In this document: positions 58,867-64,000 of the stretch, piece by piece
Numbering within the stretch: the stretch's first letter is position 1
How the letters are laid out: each line of letters starts with the position of its first letter
DNA from: SAR202 cluster bacterium
GTDB lineage: Bacteria; Chloroflexota; Dehalococcoidia; Lucifugimonadales; UBA3495
Reading direction: 5' to 3'
DNA: 64,000 nucleotides
Assembly (NCBI GenBank): GCA_013204585.1
Contig: JABMNL010000023.1
Location: 19,747-83,746 of the forward strand
The notes under the pieces: generated by a model
What the model saw: only the letters and a program-made list of their open reading frames with translations
What the model was told of the DNA's origin: nothing
Databases searched by the model: none
Made by a program: the position numbers and the translations under genes

Positions 58867-59745
58867 TTGGAATTAGGGCCTAAGCTTGTGGGTACCTTAT
58901 ATATAGTAGGGACGCCGATTGGAAACCTTGAGGACCTGACGTTGCGGGCAGCTAGGATACTGGGTGAAGTGTCACTGGTGGCTGCCGAGGACACCCGTGT
59001 CTCGCGGCGACTGTTGAGCCATCTTGGGATTCGGCCCCGCACCACCAGTTTTCACCAACATAATTGGCGGGAAAAGCTGGGCGTGGTCTTGGCGGAGTTG
59101 GCCCTAGGCGATGTGGCGTTAGTCACCGACGCCGGTATGCCTGGAATCAGTGATCCGGGGAGCGAGTTGGTTGTCGCCGCCTCGGCTGCGGGATTCAAGG
59201 TTGAGGTGGTGCCTGGCCCATCGGCCGTCACGGCGGCCCTTGCCCTGTCTGGATTCCCTGGCGATGGGTTTCTGTTTCTTGGGTTCCTATCCAGGCGTAA
59301 AAAAGACCGGCAATCAAGCCTGCGTGAGGCTTCTTCGTCGGCGGTGCCGTTGGTGCTGTTCGAGGCTCCTCATCGGCTACGGGCTACATTGGCTGACTTG
59401 GACGCTGTATTGGGCGACCGGGCTTTGGCGGTGTGCCGGGAGCTGACCAAGCTTCACGAAGAGGTATTTCGGGGTACCGCAGCCCAGGCTTTGGAACACT
59501 TTAGTTCGCCCAGGGGTGAAGTTGTGGTTGTGGTAGCTGGAAGGCCTGCTGTGGTTGGTGTCGACTCGGAGGTGGATGCCGACGACGTAGCTGCCATTGA
59601 CCTGGACCTGCGTCAGAGATTGTCCGACCTTCGCGAGTCAGGGGTTAGGGCAAAGGACGCCGTGGCCCAGGTGGCCGATTCCACTGGTCTGGCCAAAAAC
59701 CGGGTTTACCGGGTCTGGGTGGAGATGGGCCGGGAGCCCCAGTAG
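58867..59745 (+). CDS. rsmI: 16S rRNA (cytidine1402-2'-O)-methyltransferase
   Basis: GTLYIVGTPIGNLEDLTLRA, AAEDTR, DAGMPGISDPG and FEAPHRL. The start is either TTG 58867 or GTG 58888. Confidence 0.88.
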   Translation: MELGPKLVGTLYIVGTPIGNLEDLTLRAARILGEVSLVAAEDTRVSRRLLSHLGIRPRTTSFHQHNWREKLGVVLAELALGDVALVTDAGMPGISDPGSELVVAASAAGFKVEVVPGPSAVTAALALSGFPGDGFLFLGFLSRRKKDRQSSLREASSSAVPLVLFEAPHRLRATLADLDAVLGDRALAVCRELTKLHEEVFRGTAAQALEHFSSPRGEVVVVVAGRPAVVGVDSEVDADDVAAIDLDLRQRLSDLRESGVRAKDAVAQVADSTGLAKNRVYRVWVEMGREPQ

Positions 59746-59867
59746 CCGTAGCTTTCAGAACGCGGCACCGAAATAAAAACCTGTTTGGTGCTATCCTTGC
59801 CTGAATTCGGTCAGACTGTACAGTCCGGCTTGGGAGCCTTTAAGAAATTTCCTCTAAACCCCCATCT

Positions 59868-61160
59868 ATGACCGGCATCCCTTCCCGGCTCTCCGGCGTT
59901 TTCTACGGCTGGTGGTTGGTTGGCATCAGCGGGTTCGTAATGGTCATCTCGACTGTTCCGTTGTTCCACGCCATGAGCCTTTGGGCAGTGGCCTTGGAGC
60001 GTGAGTTCGGTTGGAGCCGGGCCCAGCTTGGCTTTGCCCTTACATTCACCAGGGTCGAGGGTGGGTTGATGGGCCCGTTAGAGGGCTATCTCACCGACAA
60101 AGTAGGCACTCGCCGCATGGTGTTCATCGGTCTCACCATCCTCGGCGGGGCCTTTGTCTTTTTCGGCCAGGTGCAGAACCTGTGGATGTTTTATTTGGCC
60201 TACGTCTTGATGGCGGTTGGTCAAGGACTGGGCAGTTGGATTCCGGTGATGACCCTGCTCACCCGGTGGTTCAGTCGCCGCAGGTCTATGGCCATTGGAT
60301 GGTCCAACATGGGCAGCCGGGCCGGCGCTTTGATATTGGTGCCGCTGATTGCCTGGTCGATTGACCCCGATCAAGACCGATTGGGTTGGCGCATGACGGC
60401 CACGGTATTGGGCGTGTTCATGATTGTGGTAGCCGGGCCGATATCCCGACTAATACGAAACCAACCCCAAGACATGGGGCTGTTGCCCGATGGTGAAAAG
60501 CCTGCCGCAGTTGGAACCGCGGCAGCGGATGCTGCGGCCAGTCTTAGCGATGCTGATTTCACCGCCAAACAGGCGGTGCGCACCCCGGCGTTCTGGCTAA
60601 TTGCTTTCGGTCACGGGTTCACTTCCATGGTAATCATCGCAATCATGGCCCACCTGGGACTGCTGATGAGTGATAAGGGCTTCGAGGTGCAAGACACCGC
60701 TTTCGTAGTCTCCGTTTACACCGGCGTGGCGATGGTGTTTCAACTGGTCGGGGGGTACGTCGGAAGTCGAATTCCAATCAGGCTGGCACTCGCTTGCTTC
60801 ACCTGTCTGCAGGCCCTGGGCGTAATAGTTTTGGTCTTTGCCGATTCATTGCCCATGTTCTACGTCTTTGCGATGGTGTTCGGCGCGGGTTTCGGTGGGC
60901 GTAATCCCCTAACCGTTGCCATCCGTGGCGAATACTTTGGCACTGCGTCTTTCGGGAAGATACTGGGCCTGTCCACGGTGCCCATGAACCTGCTGCTTCT
61001 GATTGCTGCTCCGTTGGTTGGCTGGATGCGTGACGTTCAGGGAAACTACACCGATGGATTCATCGTGATGATTCTGGCCAACTTTGTCGGCGCGGTCTGC
61101 TTCATCCTGGCGAGGCGTCCCGAAATAAAACCGGCGTCCGAGCCCGCAACAGCGGACTAA
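59868..61160 (+). CDS. MFS transporter (oxalate/formate-antiporter-like)
   Basis: 12-TM profile with GYLTDKVGTRRM (the loop 2-3 MFS motif). Confidence 0.8.
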   Translation: MTGIPSRLSGVFYGWWLVGISGFVMVISTVPLFHAMSLWAVALEREFGWSRAQLGFALTFTRVEGGLMGPLEGYLTDKVGTRRMVFIGLTILGGAFVFFGQVQNLWMFYLAYVLMAVGQGLGSWIPVMTLLTRWFSRRRSMAIGWSNMGSRAGALILVPLIAWSIDPDQDRLGWRMTATVLGVFMIVVAGPISRLIRNQPQDMGLLPDGEKPAAVGTAAADAAASLSDADFTAKQAVRTPAFWLIAFGHGFTSMVIIAIMAHLGLLMSDKGFEVQDTAFVVSVYTGVAMVFQLVGGYVGSRIPIRLALACFTCLQALGVIVLVFADSLPMFYVFAMVFGAGFGGRNPLTVAIRGEYFGTASFGKILGLSTVPMNLLLLIAAPLVGWMRDVQGNYTDGFIVMILANFVGAVCFILARRPEIKPASEPATAD

Positions 61161-61228
61161 AACGCCGGTTAATTTTCTTCAATGCCCCCTGGCAGGGGGT
61201 GGGTCTTCGACCGACAGGTTTGTCGCGA

Positions 61229-61744
61229 CTAGGACTCCTGAATCTCGATTGCGGTGATGGTAACGTCCTTGGCTGGCCGGCCGCCGCCGTCCGCAGGAAG
61301 CGCGGAGATTGCGTCTGCTATATCTTGCCCGCTAGTCACCTTTCCGAAAATCGTGTGCGCCCCGTTTAAATGAGGAGTTGGAGCGACCGTAATAAAGAAC
61401 TGGCTGCCGTTGGTGCTGGGTCCCGCATTGGCCATGGCTAAGATGCCCTTATTTGCGAAAACCAGGGATGGGTCGAATTCATCCTGAAATTTGTAACCCG
61501 GTCCGCCTCTTCCGGTGCCGGTCGGGTCTCCACCCTGGATCATGAAGTTTCCGATAACTCGGTGAAAAATCCCACCGTCATAGTATTTTTCATTGGCCAA
61601 AAACACGAAATTATTAACCGTTACTGGCGCGTTAGATGCGAACAGTTCCAAGGTCATGTCGCCGTGGTTGGTTTTAACCGTGGCGGTGTAAGTTTTGGAT
61701 TCGTCGATTGTCATCGCAGGGGGCGTGGCGTATTGCTGGGTCAT
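61229..61744 (-). CDS. cyclophilin-type peptidyl-prolyl cis-trans isomerase
   Basis: FHRVIGNFMIQGGDP, LAMANAGPSTNGSQFFI and HTIFGKV. Confidence 0.92.
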   Translation of the reverse strand: MTQQYATPPAMTIDESKTYTATVKTNHGDMTLELFASNAPVTVNNFVFLANEKYYDGGIFHRVIGNFMIQGGDPTGTGRGGPGYKFQDEFDPSLVFANKGILAMANAGPSTNGSQFFITVAPTPHLNGAHTIFGKVTSGQDIADAISALPADGGGRPAKDVTITAIEIQES

Positions 61745-61837
61745 GTATTTCCTCCGGTGTACTCAGGTATTTTTCAGGTTTTTATTCCGGGTTGGATTGT
61801 AGCATCTGTAATGAAGATGGTGACAGTCGCCTAAGCA

Positions 61838-61873
61838 AATAAAGAGGCCCGCATACCACGCGGGCCTCTTTTG
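61838..61873 (-). terminator. intrinsic terminator of the 61935-62375 gene
   Basis: 10-bp stem agaggcccgc / gcgggcctct with T-rich flanks on both strands. Confidence 0.7.
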
Positions 61874-61886
61874 TAAACCGTGCCAA

Positions 61887-61934
61887 TCCAAGAAACCCCG
61901 GCTGTGCCGGTCCAAGAAACCCCGGCTGCGCCGG
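61887..61934. repeat. 24-bp tandem duplication abutting the stop codon of the 61935-62375 gene
   Basis: tccaagaaaccccggctgtgccgg / tccaagaaaccccggctgcgccgg, followed directly by the complement of the stop codon (cta). Confidence 0.95.
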
Positions 61935-62375
61935 CTAGGCCCGGTTGTGGGTTTTGGTTTCGGCCCAGGCCACAATTTTTGGCAGGGCGGCGTCAATGTC
62001 CCGCTGGTCCACCGACCTTGCAATGTCTTCGGCTTGGCACCGAATTAGCATGATCGGCAGGCGGTTCTTGATCTTGTCCAGGGTCCAGGAGAGCGAGTCG
62101 CCCTCCGCCGTGAAGTCTAGCATCAGGCGCTCATTCTTCTTCACGTTCGCGTTCCGGTAGTGGTAATGGGGTGCCACCCGGAAGCAGTCGAAGCGTAACA
62201 ATTCCTTGTCCTGCCCCGCCAGTTGGTCGCTGTAGACGTGGATGCAGACGCCCTCTTCAGCGCCTTCGTGGAGCGTTCGGTATTCCAGGCCAAAGGTGAC
62301 CGCTCCTGCTTGAATTAGCTCTTCAGGTCCGCCCGTCTCTCCACCCATCTGCGCATGCATTGTTTGTTGTGCCAT
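61935..62375 (-). CDS. hypothetical protein
   Basis: 146-aa ORF with an AAAGGAGAAG RBS and coding-like composition. I can assign no motif (contains FDCFRVAPHYHYRN). Confidence 0.5.
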   Translation of the reverse strand: MAQQTMHAQMGGETGGPEELIQAGAVTFGLEYRTLHEGAEEGVCIHVYSDQLAGQDKELLRFDCFRVAPHYHYRNANVKKNERLMLDFTAEGDSLSWTLDKIKNRLPIMLIRCQAEDIARSVDQRDIDAALPKIVAWAETKTHNRA

Positions 62376-62577
62376 GTCGCTTCTCCTTTTTATGTGTTGC
62401 GTTGGAAAATAGAGTTGGTGGATACCATAAGCCGAAGGCCCAGGTGCCTCCGCTTATTGTCTGGGATTATACCCCTATCCTTGGCGACACCCAAAGTAGG
62501 CTCGCCGGGGCGCGGAAATGCACACACGTTGGGCTATAATTAAATAGCACTGGTAGAGAAAAAGGGGGTGGCCGAAG

Positions 62578-63648
62578 TTGGACATTCTTGAGCGGATGGG
62601 GGCCGAGGGCCATGAACAGCTGGTGGTGGTCTCCGATAAAAGTTCAGGACTGAAGGCCATCATCGCCATCCACGACACCACTTTGGGGCCAGCTTGCGGA
62701 GGCACCCGCATTTGGCCCTACAAGACAGAACAAGAAGCCATCCAAGACGCGCTGCGTCTGTCCCGGGCCATGACTTATAAATCGGCGGCGGCTGACCTAC
62801 CGCTCGGCGGTGGCAAGGGCGTTATTATCGCTGATTCCCACAAGGACAAAACTGAGGCCCTGCTGCGGGCCTACGGGCGGTTTGTGGACACTCTGGGAGG
62901 CCGCTATCTGACTACCACCGATGTGGGTACCACCGGCCGAGACCTTGAGTACGTTAAGCAGGAAACGAAACATGTGGTCGGCCTGCCGACCACTGCAGGC
63001 GGCAGCGGCGACACCTCAATAATGACCGGGCTGGGCATCTACATGGGCATGAAGGCCTGCGCCAAAGAAGCTTGGGGCAGCGATTCACTCACCGGGAAGA
63101 CCGTGGCGATGCAGGGGTTTGGCAAGGTTGCCACCCACACTGCCCACCATCTGATGAAAGAGGACGCCAAACTGGTGGTGACCGACGTTTTTGAGGGGGC
63201 ATTGGACCGCGCCCGCGAGTTCGGTTTGGCCGTGGTTAAGCCCGACGCCATTTACGGTCTGGACTGCGATATCTTCGCCCCGTGTGCCCTGGGCGGAGTA
63301 ATCAACCCGGAAACCATTCCCCAATTGAAGTGCAAGGTTGTAGCCGGAGGAGCCAACAACCAACTTTTGTCCGATGCCGACGGAGCAGAACTGGACCGCC
63401 TGGGGATTGTGTACGCTCCAGACTATATATTGAACAGCGGTGGCATCATCAACGTGGAAGCTGAGATTGGCAGCGAATACAACCCTGACCGCGCCAGGGA
63501 AAAGACCGAGCGCATCTACGAAATCATGGAAAGGGTAATTGCCATCGCCAAGCGCGAAGAAATTCCCACGGCCAAGGCAGCGGACCGCGTAGCCGAAGAC
63601 CGTCTGAACGCTGTTAGGAGCATACGGCGGGTTTACCGCGCAAGTTAA
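62578..63648 (+). CDS. Leu/Val/Phe-type amino-acid dehydrogenase (Glu/Leu/Phe/Val DH family)
   Basis: TTG start. EQLVVVSDKSSGLKAIIAIHDTTLGPACGGTRIW and LPLGGGKGVI parallel Bacillus leucine dehydrogenase as I remember it. Also a GFGKV Rossmann motif. Confidence 0.88.
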   Translation: MDILERMGAEGHEQLVVVSDKSSGLKAIIAIHDTTLGPACGGTRIWPYKTEQEAIQDALRLSRAMTYKSAAADLPLGGGKGVIIADSHKDKTEALLRAYGRFVDTLGGRYLTTTDVGTTGRDLEYVKQETKHVVGLPTTAGGSGDTSIMTGLGIYMGMKACAKEAWGSDSLTGKTVAMQGFGKVATHTAHHLMKEDAKLVVTDVFEGALDRAREFGLAVVKPDAIYGLDCDIFAPCALGGVINPETIPQLKCKVVAGGANNQLLSDADGAELDRLGIVYAPDYILNSGGIINVEAEIGSEYNPDRAREKTERIYEIMERVIAIAKREEIPTAKAADRVAEDRLNAVRSIRRVYRAS

Positions 63649-63669
63649 TAACGGGTTATCTGGAAATAT

Positions 63670-63708
63670 AAAAAGGGGCGTCCCGATGAAATGGGACGCC
63701 CCTTTTTG
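63670..63708. terminator. type-A GC-rich hairpin between convergent genes
   Basis: aaaaaggggcgtcccgatgaaatgggacgcccctttttg, with A-run and T-run flanks that suit both directions. Confidence 0.8.
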
Positions 63709-63732
63709 TTGCCGAGTTTTGGTTAAGAGGTC

Positions 63733-63939
63733 TTAGAAAGCCTTGGACTCAGCTTGGAACCCGCCTTCACGGTGGGCGGTGTCGCAGAAAGGCTTGTTCT
63801 TAGAAAGGCCGCAGCGGCATAGGGCTACCCACTGACCCTCAGGGATGCTGAAATCGTTGCCATCTTTGTCTTTGATGGTGATGGGGCCAGTGACACGCAG
63901 GGAAGCGTTCTCCCGGACTTCGATATTGACGTCTGCCAT
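63733..63939 (-). CDS. CDGSH-type iron-sulfur domain protein
   Basis: 68 aa with a GGAGG RBS. CRCGLSKNKPFCDTAH fits C-x-C-x2-S-x3-P-x-C-D-x2-H. Confidence 0.85.
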   Translation of the reverse strand: MADVNIEVRENASLRVTGPITIKDKDGNDFSIPEGQWVALCRCGLSKNKPFCDTAHREGGFQAESKAF

Positions 63940-64000
63940 CGTATTACCTCCGTTATTTCTGTTGTTCTGATATTGGTTTGGTCTAATTGCAGCTTGGGGT

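Noticed and set aside
1-64000. Scan for tRNA, rRNA, tmRNA, RNase P, SRP RNA, transposases, integrases, RT/retron, toxin-antitoxin pairs and prophage genes
   Set aside because: I found no T-loop/acceptor-type sequences (GGTTCGAATCC-like), no conserved RNase P or SRP boxes, and no DDE, tyrosine-recombinase or YADD motifs in any frame. Absence is by eye only and should be confirmed with tRNAscan-SE, Infernal and ISEScan.

Overview
Gene-dense, moderately GC-rich chromosomal window with about 60 protein genes on both strands. I recognise no rRNA, tRNA, CRISPR array, transposase, integrase or phage genes. All family calls come from reading motifs in the supplied or my own translations; nothing was searched against a database. 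Housekeeping genes are prs, ispH, gpsA, plsY, der, argF, rsmI, a cyclophilin and a Leu/Val-type amino-acid dehydrogenase. Around them sits a large set of redox and catabolic enzymes: an LLM flavin oxidoreductase, an F420:NADP reductase, an acyl-CoA dehydrogenase-like protein, a Zn-ADH, a thiolase plus DUF35 pair, a crotonase, an SDR, VOC proteins, amidohydrolases, a TPP enzyme and an RdhA/QueG-like Fe-S protein. This content, the Cys-Gly-Gly lipoproteins and the GTAGGGGC palindromes remind me of marine Chloroflexota (SAR202-like), but that is inference only. The best candidate for an undescribed system is at 27.7-35.4 kb. It holds three consecutive lipoprotein genes: two paralogous double type-1-copper (cupredoxin) proteins, one fused to an SGL-type beta-propeller, and a 1428-aa multicopper oxidase. 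That oxidase is built from three tandem two-domain modules with stepwise loss of copper ligands. Other notable items: a pentapeptide-repeat/TIR fusion gene (53.5-54.8 kb) followed by 0.7 kb of short repeat elements; four tandem non-canonical cupin paralogs (9.4-11.0 kb); two tandem desulforedoxin-like mini-genes missed by the ORF track (23.9-24.3 kb); and an MBL-hydrolase pseudogene broken by an 11-bp tandem duplication plus a stop codon. There is also a covarying GC-rich hairpin family concentrated at 37.8-42.8 kb, and several short tandem duplications at gene 3' ends and in promoter regions. I cannot establish novelty without database and structure searches.
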